Of a DNA stretch of 64,000 nt, positions 28,141 to 37,903 are shown one piece after another. Source of the stretch: Sphingomicrobium sp. (lineage in GTDB: Bacteria; Pseudomonadota; Alphaproteobacteria; Sphingomonadales; Sphingomonadaceae); the NCBI GenBank assembly GCA_039918915.1, contig JBDSGQ010000042.1, forward strand, positions 5,086 to 69,085, read 5' to 3'. The notes beneath the pieces are model-generated. The model had not been told where the DNA came from. It searched no databases and saw only the letters and a program-made list of their open reading frames with translations. A program made the position numbers and the translations under genes. Position 1 is the first letter of the stretch; the number at the start of each line of letters is the position of its first letter.

Positions 28141-29283
28141 ATGACGCTGACGGCATTGATCGTTGCGGCCGGCCAGGGCGAACGCCTCGGCGGCGGCGTT
28201 CCCAAGCAATACCGGCTGCTCGGCGGCAAATCGGTCCTGCGCTGGGCGGCGGAGGCGATGATCGGCCACCCGGCAGTGCGCGCCTTGCGGGTCGTGATCG
28301 GCAGCGGTCAGCAACAGCTTGCGCAAGCGGCCCTCGCCGGCCTCGACGTCGGCAACTTCATTATGGGCGGCGCCGAGCGTGCGGATTCAGTGCGGGCCGG
28401 GCTTGCCCAGGCCGTTGGTGACGCCGTGCTTGTGCATGACGCAGCCCGTCCCTTTTGCCCGCCGGCCGTCATCGACCGCCTCGTTGCAGCACTCGAATTC
28501 TTTCCCGGCGCCGCGCCAATATTGGCGGTTGGCGATACGCTGGCAATGCTCGGCGACGACCTCGGCGCGCCCATGGACCGGACCGGCCTGTCCCGAGTGC
28601 AGACTCCGCAGGCGTTTCGCCTTGCCGAGTTGCGCAGCGCCTATGAACAATGGGACGGCCCCTCACCCACCGACGAAACCACCGTGTTTCGTGCTGCGGG
28701 CATGAAGGTGGCTCCGGTCGAAGGCGATCCAGCACTCGACAAGCTGACGACGCCCGCGGATTTCGAACGCGCGTCGCAATGGCTGGCGGGGCGCTTTGCT
28801 CCGCGTACTGGCACCGGGTTCGACGTCCATGGCTTTGCCGGCGAAGGCCCACTGATGCTTGGCGGGATCGAAGTGCCGCATCCGCGCGGGCTGGCTGGCC
28901 ATAGCGATGCCGACGTCGTGCTCCACGCCATCACCGACGCTTTGCTCGGCGCCGGCAGCCTCGGCGACATCGGCGACCACTTCCCCCCGTCCGACCCCCA
29001 GTGGAAGGGCGTTTCATCGGACCGTTTCCTGGCTCACGCAGCGCTGCTGCTGCGCGACAGTGGAGCAATTATCGACCACGTGGATTGTACGATCATTGCC
29101 GAGGAGCCCAAGGTTGGACCGCATCGTTTGCAAATGCGCCAGCGAATCGCCGCGATTGCGGGGTTGGAACTGGATCAGGTGAGCCTCAAGGCAACAACCA
29201 CCGAAGGCCTCGGCTTCACTGGCCGTCGCGAGGGCATTGCCGCCCAGGCCGTGGCTTCGGTGCGAATGGATCGGCCATGGTGA
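28141..29283 (+). CDS. ispDF: Bifunctional 2-C-methyl-D-erythritol 4-phosphate cytidylyltransferase / 2,4-cyclodiphosphate synthase
   Basis: N-terminal IspD region (ALIVAAGQGERLG..PKQY) fused to IspF (GTGFDVHGF...GHSDADVVLHAITDALLGA). Confidence 0.95.
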   Translation: MTLTALIVAAGQGERLGGGVPKQYRLLGGKSVLRWAAEAMIGHPAVRALRVVIGSGQQQLAQAALAGLDVGNFIMGGAERADSVRAGLAQAVGDAVLVHDAARPFCPPAVIDRLVAALEFFPGAAPILAVGDTLAMLGDDLGAPMDRTGLSRVQTPQAFRLAELRSAYEQWDGPSPTDETTVFRAAGMKVAPVEGDPALDKLTTPADFERASQWLAGRFAPRTGTGFDVHGFAGEGPLMLGGIEVPHPRGLAGHSDADVVLHAITDALLGAGSLGDIGDHFPPSDPQWKGVSSDRFLAHAALLLRDSGAIIDHVDCTIIAEEPKVGPHRLQMRQRIAAIAGLELDQVSLKATTTEGLGFTGRREGIAAQAVASVRMDRPW

Positions 29284-29783
29284 AAGACACGCTGCTGCCC
29301 GATATCCTCGTCAACAAGGCCCGTGAGGTGGTTGAGGCCAATCGCGCCGCCGGGCGCCGGGTGGCGGTCGCCGAAAGCTGCACGGGCGGACTGGTCAGCG
29401 CCGCGCTGACCGAAATCGCCGGATCGTCGGACGTGTTCGAGGCCGGCTACATCACCTATTCGAACGCCGCCAAGCTTCATCAGCTGCAAGTCAGCTCCGA
29501 TGTGGTGGACACGTTCGGAGCGGTCAGCGTCGCGACCGCCTGGGCAATGGCGCGCGGCGCGCTTGCAGCATCGGATGCCGACGTCGCCGTGGCGATCACC
29601 GGGGTCGCCGGTCCTGGCGGCGGAACCGCGCAAAAACCCGTCGGCACCGTCGTTTTCGCGCGATCAGAGCGTGATGCCGACCCGGCGCAGATCGTTGCCG
29701 ACCAGAAGTTCTTCGATGAAAAAACTCGATCGGGCGTGCGGCTTCAGGCTGCGCTTTGCGCACTTGAACTGCTGATGCCGTAA
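29277..29783 (+). CDS. CinA C-terminal domain / nicotinamide-nucleotide amidohydrolase PncC-like
   Basis: VAVAESCTGGLVSAALTEIAGSSDVFEAGYITYSNAAK...ITGVAGPGGGT..KPVGTV. ATG 29277 overlaps the ispDF end. Confidence 0.85.
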   Translation: MVKDTLLPDILVNKAREVVEANRAAGRRVAVAESCTGGLVSAALTEIAGSSDVFEAGYITYSNAAKLHQLQVSSDVVDTFGAVSVATAWAMARGALAASDADVAVAITGVAGPGGGTAQKPVGTVVFARSERDADPAQIVADQKFFDEKTRSGVRLQAALCALELLMP

Positions 29784-30205
29784 AGCGCGACGGCGCGCTG
29801 TTCGAAGGCATCCGTCATGCGGCGTAGCGCCCGGTCGAACATCGCCCCTGCAAGCGTTTCGAACAATCGCGACTTGAACGCGAAATCGACCGAGAAATGG
29901 ACCTCCGTCCCGCCATCGTCGGCGCGTTCGAAGCGCCATTCGTTGTGCAGGAATTTCAACGGCCCCTCGACATAATCGACGCAAATCTGCGTCGGCCGCT
30001 GCTTGACGACCCGGCTGGTGAACCGTTCCTTGAAGGCGTTGAACCCGACCACCAGGTCGGCGACCGCTTCGGTCTCGTTCGACGAGCGCACCCGGACAGC
30101 GACGACCCACGGCAGGAATTCACTGTAGCGTCCGACATCGGCGACGAGGTCGAACAATTGTTCGGGCGTGAAAGGGAAATGCCGCGTTTCGCTATGCCGC
30201 GGCAT
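29744..30205 (-). CDS. SRPBCC protein of the RatA / COQ10 (polyketide cyclase-like) family
   Basis: From ATG 30205: [39 protein letters not shown]...[15 protein letters not shown]. It overlaps the lipA 3' end. Confidence 0.8.
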   Translation of the reverse strand: MPRHSETRHFPFTPEQLFDLVADVGRYSEFLPWVVAVRVRSSNETEAVADLVVGFNAFKERFTSRVVKQRPTQICVDYVEGPLKFLHNEWRFERADDGGTEVHFSVDFAFKSRLFETLAGAMFDRALRRMTDAFEQRAVALYGISSSSAQSAA

Positions 30206-31136
30206 TCGTGCCTTCCCTGGCAAGTCGCGCTGCACGCGATTCCTGCATCTTCCGGAAATCGTCGCCGGCGTGATAGCTCGACCGAGTGAGCGGTGACGCA
30301 GCGACCAGCAGGAAGCCCTTGGCGCGGGCGATTGCCGCATAGGCATCGAACGCCTGCGGAGTGACGAACTCCTCCACCGTCGCATGGCGCGGGGTTGGCT
30401 GGAGATACTGGCCCATGGTCAGGAAATCGACACCGGCGGATCGCATGTCGTCCATCACCTGGTGCACTTCCAGCCGATGTTCGCCGAGCCCGACCATCAC
30501 CCCGGACTTGGTGAAGATGTGCGGGTTCCGCCGCTTGACGCTCTCCAGCAGCCGCAATGACGCATAGTATCGAGCGCCCGGGCGAATGGTCGGATAAAGC
30601 CGCGGCACCGTTTCCAGATTGTGATTGTAGACGTCGGGCCCAGCGGCGACGATTGCGTCGACCGCCGCGTCGCTCTTGTTGCGGAAATCCGGGGTCAGAA
30701 TCTCGATCGTGGTCGCCGGCGTGTTGCGCCGCAGCGCCTCGATCACCTTGACGAACTGGGACGCGCCGCCATCGGGCAAATCGTCGCGATCGACGCTGGT
30801 GACGACGATATGTTCAAGGCCAAGCTCGGCCGCGGCGACCGCGACATGCTCTGGCTCCAGCGGGTCGACCGCGCGCGGCATGCCCGTCTTGACGTTGCAA
30901 AAGGCGCAGGCCCGGGTGCAGGTGTCGCCCAGGATCATCACCGTGGCGTGCTTCTTGGTCCAGCATTCGCCGATGTTCGGGCAGGCCGCCTCTTCGCACA
31001 CCGTCGCAAGACCAAGCGAGCGCATCAGCTTGCGCGTTTCGTGGTAGCCTTGGCTGACGGGCGCCTTGACCCGGATCCAGTCAGGCTTGCGTTGGCGTAC
31101 CGACGCTTCGGCCGGGATTGCGACGGGGACGTTCAT
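30192..31136 (-). CDS. lipA: Lipoyl synthase
   Basis: [15 protein letters not shown] and [13 protein letters not shown] (two Fe-S cysteine motifs). Confidence 0.95.
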   Translation of the reverse strand: MNVPVAIPAEASVRQRKPDWIRVKAPVSQGYHETRKLMRSLGLATVCEEAACPNIGECWTKKHATVMILGDTCTRACAFCNVKTGMPRAVDPLEPEHVAVAAAELGLEHIVVTSVDRDDLPDGGASQFVKVIEALRRNTPATTIEILTPDFRNKSDAAVDAIVAAGPDVYNHNLETVPRLYPTIRPGARYYASLRLLESVKRRNPHIFTKSGVMVGLGEHRLEVHQVMDDMRSAGVDFLTMGQYLQPTPRHATVEEFVTPQAFDAYAAIARAKGFLLVAASPLTRSSYHAGDDFRKMQESRAARLAREGTNAAA

Positions 31137-31201
31137 GACGCGCGAGATAGCGATTGGCGGCGGGGCTTGCCACCCCTCCCCTCAAGCCGCTAGCCGACCG
31201 C

Positions 31202-31837
31202 ATGCGTTATCTGGCCCAGCTCATCGATGGCTACCGCCGTTTCCGCGAGAATGAGTGGGAACATGAGCGCGAGCGCTGGTCGGAACTGGCCGAGGGCCAA
31301 AGCCCGAAGGTGATGATTCTGTCCTGCGCCGACAGCCGCGTCGAACCCGCCCAGATTTTCGACGCGCGCCCGGGTGAGATGTTCGTCGTTCGCAATATCG
31401 CCGCATTGACGCCGCCCTATGAGACCAGCAGCGGTTATCACGGCGTCTCGGCAGCACTCGAATTCGCGGTGACCCAGCTCGAAGTCGAGGAAATCCTCGT
31501 CATGGGCCACGGCATGTGCGGAGGCTGCTCGGCGGCGCTGAGCGGAACCTTCGACGACCGCCGGCACGGGCACGGCCAGTTCGTCGCCGATTGGGTGAGA
31601 ATGCTCGACCGGGCTCGGGACAAGGTTCGCGCCCGTCACACCGAACTCAATCGCGCCGCTTTTCTCGACATGGAGTATGAGGCGGTGAAGGTCAGCCTTG
31701 CCAACCTGCGCACCTTCCCCTGGATTGCCGAGCGTGAGCGACAGGGCACGTTAAAGCTGCACGGCGCGCACTTTTCGATCGCGGAAGGTCGCCTGTACGT
31801 GCTCGACGAGGCGGAAGAAACCTTCCGCCCCGCCTAG
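31202..31837 (+). CDS. Beta-class carbonic anhydrase
   Basis: PKVMILSCADSRVEP...FVVRNIA...VMGHGMCGG. ATG 31202 is preferred over TTG 31154. Confidence 0.9.
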   Translation: MRYLAQLIDGYRRFRENEWEHERERWSELAEGQSPKVMILSCADSRVEPAQIFDARPGEMFVVRNIAALTPPYETSSGYHGVSAALEFAVTQLEVEEILVMGHGMCGGCSAALSGTFDDRRHGHGQFVADWVRMLDRARDKVRARHTELNRAAFLDMEYEAVKVSLANLRTFPWIAERERQGTLKLHGAHFSIAEGRLYVLDEAEETFRPA

Positions 31838-31859
31838 CAATTTCACGTCGTCGAACTGA

Positions 31860-32258
31860 CTAGCAACGGGTGTTGTAGTCGTAGTGCGGCTGACCGTACT
31901 GGTCGACGTAATAGCAATAGCCGCGCGTATCGCGGTAATATTGATGACCATTGATGCTCGCCCCAAGGACGCCGCCAAGGATCGCGCCGGCAACCGCGCC
32001 CGCGCCGGGGCTGACGCCCGGAATGACCGCGCCGGCGATCGCGCCGCCAACACCGCCAAGAACGGCACCAGCAGCGGCGTTGCCGGCCTGGCCGTTGTTG
32101 TAGCCATTCGAGCCGTACTGATTCCCGTATTGATTGGGGTAGTAGTTGCTCGGATAGCCGTACCCATTATTGTATCCGTTCTGGTTCGGATACGTCGTAG
32201 CGCAGCCGGTTACCGCAACACTGGCGGTAAGGGCTGCAGCAAGACCTAGCTTCTTCAT
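31860..32258 (-). CDS. Glycine-zipper lipoprotein (17-kDa surface antigen-like)
   Basis: Lipobox AVTGC, an N/Y/G-rich segment, glycine zipper GAVLGGVGGAIAGAVIPG...GAILGGVLGA and a Cys-containing C-terminus. Confidence 0.75.
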   Translation of the reverse strand: MKKLGLAAALTASVAVTGCATTYPNQNGYNNGYGYPSNYYPNQYGNQYGSNGYNNGQAGNAAAGAVLGGVGGAIAGAVIPGVSPGAGAVAGAILGGVLGASINGHQYYRDTRGYCYYVDQYGQPHYDYNTRC

Positions 32259-32414
32259 CTCTCGTCCTTCCTCAACTCGCCCCCGAGGGCATCAGTGCAT
32301 TACCGGGCGTTTCGTTCCCGCATCGATAATCTGCGGTTCAGCTGGCGCGGCAATGCGCGACCAACTGTGGCCATTCCGCGATGCCGCGCTAGACAGGCCC
32401 AAAGGGAGTCGGGA

Positions 32415-33140
32415 ATGCCGCGCACTACCAACCAGGAACCCAACATCGCGCTGTTGATCGATGCCGACAATGCATCGCCCGAACATCTCGACGATGTCCT
32501 GCTGGTGCTGGGCGAGCTGGGGACGATCAACGTCCGCCGCGCCTATGGCAATTGGGGCAAGCCGGCGCTCAAGGGCTGGGGCGGCCTGACCGGCAAGCAG
32601 TCGATCGTCCCCGTCCAGCAGTTCGACGTGGTCAAGGGCAAGAGCGTCACCGACATGCGGATGGTGATCGACGCCATGGACCTGCTTTATCGCGGTCACG
32701 TCGACGGGTTCGGGATCATGTCATCCGACAGCGATTTTCTTCCGCTCGCCCAGCGCATTCGCGAGGAAGGCCTGCAGGTGTACGGCTTCGGAACGCAAAA
32801 AACGCCGCTTCCCTTTCAACAGGCGTGCAGCCGCTTTTTCGATGTGGGCGCGCTGGTGCTCGACGACGACGACAATCTCGAACAGCCCGTAACCGCCGCC
32901 GGCCAGCGCCCGCTCGATGTCGAACTGCTGCAAGTGCTGGGTTCGGCGTACAAGGCGTCTAAGCGGGATGAGGAAGGCTATACGCCGCTGTCCGAACTTG
33001 GGCAGCGGGCCAAGGCGGTGTCGAGCTTTGCGGCGCGAAACTACGGCTTTTCGCGGCTCTCCGACCTGATCAAGGCCGTTCCCAATTTCGAGGTCAAAGC
33101 CGGCGACGACGGCCGGCTTCTGGTCAAGCGCCTCCGTTAA
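32415..33140 (+). CDS. NYN (LabA-like, PIN-related) domain protein with C-terminal OST-HTH/LOTUS-like domain
   Basis: From ATG 32415 (SD AAGGGAG upstream): IALLIDADNASP...VRRAYGNWG...MSSDSDFLPLAQRIREEGLQVYGFG. The C-terminal region is GYTPLSELGQRAK...YGFSRLSDLIKAVPNFEV. Confidence 0.8.
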   Translation: MPRTTNQEPNIALLIDADNASPEHLDDVLLVLGELGTINVRRAYGNWGKPALKGWGGLTGKQSIVPVQQFDVVKGKSVTDMRMVIDAMDLLYRGHVDGFGIMSSDSDFLPLAQRIREEGLQVYGFGTQKTPLPFQQACSRFFDVGALVLDDDDNLEQPVTAAGQRPLDVELLQVLGSAYKASKRDEEGYTPLSELGQRAKAVSSFAARNYGFSRLSDLIKAVPNFEVKAGDDGRLLVKRLR

Positions 33141-33251
33141 GCGCGCCGCACTGTTGTCTGGCCGACACACCCGGACACTTTCTGAAGTCGATGGAACAGC
33201 GCAGGCGGCTAACGGTTTCCTCATTCACATGGGTTAATCTGACAGGCGAAC

Positions 33252-33818
33252 ATGGCCGCTCGGCATCATCCGGAACAGTTACTCGACCATGCATTGACGG
33301 CACTTTCCACGGTGGCCGACTGGACAAGTGTGCTCGATCAACTGCCGGCGCCAATCTACGTCACCGATTGCCACGGCGGTGTTACCTACTGGAACGACGC
33401 CTGCATCGCGTTCGCCGGGCGGGAACCGATGCTCGGCCGGGATCGGTGGTGCGTCACCTGGAAAATCTTCAGCACGACCGGTGAATTGATTCCGCACAAT
33501 CAGTGTCCGATGGCTGAAGCCATTCGCCAGCAACGCATCATTCGGGACACGGTAGCGATCGCCGAACGGCCGGATGGAACGCGGCGCGCATTTCGCCCGT
33601 ACCCAACGCCGTTATTCGACGCGGATGGAACGATGACGGGCGCCGTCAACATGCTGATCGACGTCACCGACGAGCAGAGCGCGGCACTGGATGTTCAGGC
33701 CGAGCGCTGCCGCCGTCTGGCAAGCGCGCTCTACACCCGTGAAAGCAGGGTCGTGCTCGAGAATATGGCCGAGCGCTACGAACAGGCCGCGGCCGAGCTT
33801 CGGGGCGATACCGCCTAG
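33252..33818 (+). CDS. Stand-alone PAS domain protein
   Basis: LDQLPAPIYVTDCHGGVTYWNDACIAFAGR...RPDGTRRAFRPYPTPLFDADGTMTGAVNMLIDVTDEQ. No output domain. Confidence 0.7.
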   Translation: MAARHHPEQLLDHALTALSTVADWTSVLDQLPAPIYVTDCHGGVTYWNDACIAFAGREPMLGRDRWCVTWKIFSTTGELIPHNQCPMAEAIRQQRIIRDTVAIAERPDGTRRAFRPYPTPLFDADGTMTGAVNMLIDVTDEQSAALDVQAERCRRLASALYTRESRVVLENMAERYEQAAAELRGDTA

Positions 33819-33873
33819 GACTGCTGCACGGGCCGGCGACCCTGGCCTGTGACCCTGGCACCCGCGGCAGCGC

Positions 33874-35553
33874 CTACCTGGTCAGCTTGCGATACGTCAT
33901 CCGGTGCGGCCGCGTCGCCTCTTCGCCGAGCCGGCGGATCTTGTCTTCTTCGTAAGCGGCGAAATTGCCTTCGAACCATTCGACGTTGGCGTCGCCCTCG
34001 AACGCCAGGATGTGCGTCGCCAGGCGGTCGAGGAAGAAGCGGTCGTGGCTGATGACCACCGCGCATCCCGCGAAATTCTCGATCGCCTCCTCAAGCGCGC
34101 CAAGCGTTTCCACGTCGAGGTCGTTGGTCGGCTCGTCGAGCAGCAGGACGTTGCCGCCGCGCTTCAGCATCTTGGCGATGTTGACCCGGTTGCGTTCGCC
34201 GCCGGACAGCTTGCCGACGTTCTTCTGCTGGTCCTGGCCCTTGAAGTTGAACGCCCCGACATAGGCCCGGGTCGACTGGTCGTGCCCGTTGACCTTCATG
34301 TAATCGAGCCCGTCGGAGATTTCCTGCCAGACGTTGTTGGCCGAGTTCAGATGGTCGCGGCTTTGATCGACATAACCAAGGTGCACCGTCGGACCAATGT
34401 CGACCGAGCCCGAATCGGGCTGTTCCTGGCCAGTGAGAATCTTGAACAAGGTCGATTTGCCGGCGCCGTTGGCGCCAATCACCCCGACGATACCGCCGGG
34501 CGGCAGAGTGAACGACAGGTCCTCGAACAAAAGCTTGTCGCCGTATGCCTTGGTTACGTTTTTGGCCTCGATGACCTTGCCGCCAAGGCGCTCGGGCACC
34601 TGGATCAGAATCTGCGCCTTGCCGGGCGTTCGGTTTTCCTGAGCGGCCACGAGCTGCTCGAACTTGGCGATTCGCGCCTTCGACTTGGTTTGCCGCGCCT
34701 TGGCGCCCTGCCGGATCCATTCGAGCTCGTCGCGGATCGCCTTTTGCTTGCCCGACTCTTCGCGCTCATCCTGTTCGAGGCGCTTGCCCTTCTTTTCCAG
34801 ATAGGTCGAATAATTGCCTTCGTACGGAAAGTATTTCCCGCGATCGAGCTCAAGGATCCAGCTCACCACATTGTCGAGGAAATAGCGGTCGTGGGTGATC
34901 ATCAGCACCGCGCCCGGATATTCCTTGAGATGGCTTTCGAGCCACTGCACGCTTTCGGCGTCGAGGTGGTTGGTCGGCTCGTCGAGCAACAGGATCGACG
35001 GCTTCTGCAGAAGCAGCCGGGTCAGCGCGATCCGGCGCTTCTCACCACCCGACAAATTCTCGACCGACATGTCCGACGGCGGGCAACGCAAGGCTTCCAT
35101 CGCCACTTCCAGCTGGTTGTCGAGCGTCCAGCCATCGACCGCGTCGATCTTGCCCTGAAGCTCGCCCATTTCCTCCATCAGGGCATCGAAGTCGGTGTCG
35201 TCCTTGGGGTCACCCATTTCAGCGGAGATCGCATTGAATCGATCGACCATGTCGGCGACTTCGCGGGCGCCGTCCTTGACGTTTTCGAGCACGGTTTTGC
35301 TCGTGTCGAGCTGCGGCTCCTGCGCCAGATAGCCGACCGTGACGTTCTCGCCCGGCCATGCCTCACCCTGGAATTCAGTGTCGAGGCCGGCCATGATCTT
35401 CATCAGCGTCGACTTGCCCGCGCCGTTGGGGCCGACGATGCCGATCTTGGCGCCGTGATAGAATTGCAGGTTGATGTTGCTGAGCACCGGCTTTTGAGCG
35501 CCGGGGAAGGACTTGGTCATGTCCTTCATCACATAAGCATATTGGGCGGCCAT
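33874..35553 (-). CDS. ettA: Energy-dependent translational throttle protein EttA (ABC-F ATPase)
   Basis: MAAQYAYVMKDMTKSFPG..KPVL..INL.F..GAKIGIVGPNGAGKSTLMKIMAG. Two ABC cassettes with LSGGE signatures. Confidence 0.95.
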   Translation of the reverse strand: MAAQYAYVMKDMTKSFPGAQKPVLSNINLQFYHGAKIGIVGPNGAGKSTLMKIMAGLDTEFQGEAWPGENVTVGYLAQEPQLDTSKTVLENVKDGAREVADMVDRFNAISAEMGDPKDDTDFDALMEEMGELQGKIDAVDGWTLDNQLEVAMEALRCPPSDMSVENLSGGEKRRIALTRLLLQKPSILLLDEPTNHLDAESVQWLESHLKEYPGAVLMITHDRYFLDNVVSWILELDRGKYFPYEGNYSTYLEKKGKRLEQDEREESGKQKAIRDELEWIRQGAKARQTKSKARIAKFEQLVAAQENRTPGKAQILIQVPERLGGKVIEAKNVTKAYGDKLLFEDLSFTLPPGGIVGVIGANGAGKSTLFKILTGQEQPDSGSVDIGPTVHLGYVDQSRDHLNSANNVWQEISDGLDYMKVNGHDQSTRAYVGAFNFKGQDQQKNVGKLSGGERNRVNIAKMLKRGGNVLLLDEPTNDLDVETLGALEEAIENFAGCAVVISHDRFFLDRLATHILAFEGDANVEWFEGNFAAYEEDKIRRLGEEATRPHRMTYRKLTR

Positions 35554-35642
35554 GGGGTCGCGTGCATCCTTGCAGGAGTGAACAGGGCAGGAATTAACGG
35601 GGGTCGCCGCCAGTTAGGCGTCCCGGCGCCCGATTTCCACCC

Positions 35643-35975
35643 TTAGAACGGAAGCTTGAACCCCGGCGGCAGCGGCAGCGAAGTTTGCATCTTCTCCATT
35701 TCGCCAGCCGCGGCGGCATCGGCCTTGGCCCGGGCATCGTTCAATGCCGCGGTGACGAGGTCCTCCAGCATGGTCTTTTCCGATGGCTGAAGCAGGCTGT
35801 CGTCGATGTCGACGCCGAGGATTCGTCCCTTGGCGGTGGCGCGCACCTTGACCAGGCCGCCGCCGGCGACGCCGTCGACCTCGACCTTGTCGAGATTATC
35901 CTGCGCCTTTTGCAACTCGTTCTGAGCATTCTGGGCAAGCTTCATGATTTCATCGAAGTCGGGCATTTCGGGCAT
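35643..35975 (-). CDS. ybaB: YbaB/EbfC family nucleoid-associated protein
   Basis: MKLAQNAQNELQKAQDNLDKVEVDGVAGGGLVKVRATAKG.ILGVDIDDSLL. ATG 35975 lies just after the dnaX stop; ATG 35966 is an alternative. Confidence 0.9.
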   Translation of the reverse strand: MPEMPDFDEIMKLAQNAQNELQKAQDNLDKVEVDGVAGGGLVKVRATAKGRILGVDIDDSLLQPSEKTMLEDLVTAALNDARAKADAAAAGEMEKMQTSLPLPPGFKLPF

Positions 35976-35976
35976 G

Positions 35977-37626
35977 TCAGGCGCCTCTGGTTGAAAAGGT
36001 TTCAAGTTCCGCATCGGGAAAGCTGTCGATCACGGCACGGACGGCGGGGTCGGCAAGGACGTCGCTGCGAACGCGCTCCTCGGCCATTTTCTCCTGATCG
36101 AGCAGCGACGCTTCGCCAGCCTCGTCCGACAGCGACACCTGCCACACCGCTCCGGTCGCCGTTTTCAGCGCCAGCGCAAGGTCGCGCGACCAGTCCGGGC
36201 CCAGCGGCCGCAGCGGCTTGACGGCAAGTTCGGGCGGCGCGTAGCGCACCAGGCCCACCTGATCGTGAAGCTGCAGCGCCAATTGGTGCTTTCCGGCTTG
36301 CTCCAGCCGCTCGATCAGGCCGGCAAAATCGTCTGGCAGCGAGGCCGTTGGTGCAGCCGCCTTGCGCGCCGGGCCGGCCGATCCGCCCGCCGTCGTCCCC
36401 TCCCCGCCCGTCAACCGCGCCATCAGCGCGCCGGGATCCGGCAGATCAGCGGCGTGGATCAAGCGCAGCAACGCCATCTCGGCCGCTTCGCGTGGATCGG
36501 GAGCGATGCCGACGTCCTGCAGCCCCTTGAGCAGCATTTGCCACAGGCGGTGGATGGTCGCCCAGCCCAGGGCCGCGGCCATTTCCTCGGCCGCTTCGCG
36601 TTCTTCGGTGGATTGCAGGGCGTCCGGGGTCGCGCCGGCCTTGGCACGGGTCGCGGCGTGCAGGCTTTCCATCAGCCCGCGCAACAATTGGGTCGGGTCG
36701 ATCCCCAGCGCATTGGCTTCATCGAGTTCGGCCAAGGCGGCGGCCGCGTCCCCCGCCAGGACTATCTTGAGCAGTCGCCGCATGCGCCCGCGATCGGCCA
36801 GGCCAAGCATGTCGCGAACCTGGTCGGCGGTAACGGTCCCCGCGCCGAAAGCGATCGCCTGGTCGAGGATCGACAGTCCGTCGCGCACCGATCCTTCGGC
36901 GGCCGCCGCAATCATGCGCAGCGCTTCGGCCTCGGCATCGACCTGCTCGGCGGCCGAGACTTCGGCGAAATGGGCGACGAGCTTGTCCGGCGGGATCCGC
37001 CGCAGGTCGAAGCGCTGGGTCCGCGACAGCACCGTGACCGGCACCTTATTCACTTCGGTGGTCGCGAACAGGAATTTCACATGCTGAGGCGGTTCCTCAA
37101 GTGTTTTGAGCAACGCATTGAAAGCATTCTTCGAAAGCATGTGAACTTCGTCGATAATGTAAATCTTGTAGCGCGCGCTGACCGAGGCATAGCGGACCGC
37201 GTCGATGATCTCGCGGATGTCCTCGACGCCGGTGTGTGACGCGGCGTCCATTTCGATCACGTCGATATGCCGGCCCTCGGCAATCGCTCGGCATGGCTCA
37301 CACGCATTGCACGGGTCGATAGTCGGCCCGCCCTGTCCGTCCGCACCAATGCAGTTGAGCGCCTTGGCGATCAGCCGCGCGGTCGACGTTTTGCCCACCC
37401 CGCGCACTCCGGTGAGCAGGAAAGCATGAGCGATCCGCCCGCGCTCGATGGCATTGGCGAGTGTCTTCACCATCGCGTCCTGGCCGATCAGCTGGCCAAA
37501 GCTCTGCGGGCGGTACTTGCGCGCCAGCACGCGATACGGCGATGCCGCGGCGGACGACGGCGCAGCGTCTTCGGGGAGGTCGAGCCCCAGAGCAAACGAC
37601 TCCTCGGGCGATTCGGCGTTGTCCAT
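35977..37626 (-). CDS. dnaX: DNA polymerase III subunit gamma/tau
   Basis: YRVLARKYRPQSFGQLIGQD...HAFLLTGVRGVGKTSTARLIAKALNC...CNACEPC...YIIDEVHMLS. Confidence 0.95.
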   Translation of the reverse strand: MDNAESPEESFALGLDLPEDAAPSSAAASPYRVLARKYRPQSFGQLIGQDAMVKTLANAIERGRIAHAFLLTGVRGVGKTSTARLIAKALNCIGADGQGGPTIDPCNACEPCRAIAEGRHIDVIEMDAASHTGVEDIREIIDAVRYASVSARYKIYIIDEVHMLSKNAFNALLKTLEEPPQHVKFLFATTEVNKVPVTVLSRTQRFDLRRIPPDKLVAHFAEVSAAEQVDAEAEALRMIAAAAEGSVRDGLSILDQAIAFGAGTVTADQVRDMLGLADRGRMRRLLKIVLAGDAAAALAELDEANALGIDPTQLLRGLMESLHAATRAKAGATPDALQSTEEREAAEEMAAALGWATIHRLWQMLLKGLQDVGIAPDPREAAEMALLRLIHAADLPDPGALMARLTGGEGTTAGGSAGPARKAAAPTASLPDDFAGLIERLEQAGKHQLALQLHDQVGLVRYAPPELAVKPLRPLGPDWSRDLALALKTATGAVWQVSLSDEAGEASLLDQEKMAEERVRSDVLADPAVRAVIDSFPDAELETFSTRGA

Positions 37627-37707
37627 CGGGCTGCTGTAAAGCGTGGCTGAAGCGAAGTGAATTCGCCCACGTCGCTCAATGCAACGCCGCGCGGCCGGTT
37701 GAAACTG

Positions 37708-37803
37708 AAAAAGGTGGAAGCCGACGACCCGGTACGAAATCGTTGTGGCTGCTTCCTTCCGGACCTGACCAAGTTGGCGACAGTGCCGCCCGCCGACTTC
37801 CGC
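37708..37803 (-). ncRNA. ffs: Signal recognition particle RNA (small bacterial SRP / 4.5S type)
   Basis: Minus strand reads GGAAGUCGGCGGGCGGCACUGUCGCCAACUUGGUCAGGUCCGGAAGGAAGCAGCCACAACGAUUUCGUACCGGGUCGUCGGCUUCC. It contains the conserved GGUCAGGUCCGGAAGGAAGCAGCC domain IV motif. The 5' GGAAGUCGGCG pairs with the 3' CGUCGGCUUCC, followed by ACCUUUUUC. The position upstream of dnaX is classic. Confidence 0.85.
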
Positions 37804-37903
37804 CGGGGGATATGGGGGAAGGCCGCGGACCGTGCAAGCGCCCCGGGTTCGCCACCCTTCATCTTCCGTTCACGCTCCAGACCGCCCAACTCCGTTCGTG
37901 CCG

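Noticed and set aside
29744-30205. RatA-like protein as a type II toxin-antitoxin toxin
   Set aside because: No small antitoxin ORF lies adjacent, and the gene overlaps lipA in a conserved housekeeping context. A COQ10/SRPBCC lipid- or quinone-binding role is more plausible than a TA module.
33904-35646. 580-aa ORF on the plus strand
   Set aside because: Antisense to ettA, a clear ABC-F protein with two Walker A motifs. It is a GC-driven shadow ORF.
35977-37626. Programmed -1 frameshift site in dnaX (A AAA AAG type, as in E. coli)
   Set aside because: I found no A-rich slippery heptamer on the coding strand when reading through the gene. Gamma, if made, would need another mechanism. This is not a claim of absence beyond visual inspection.
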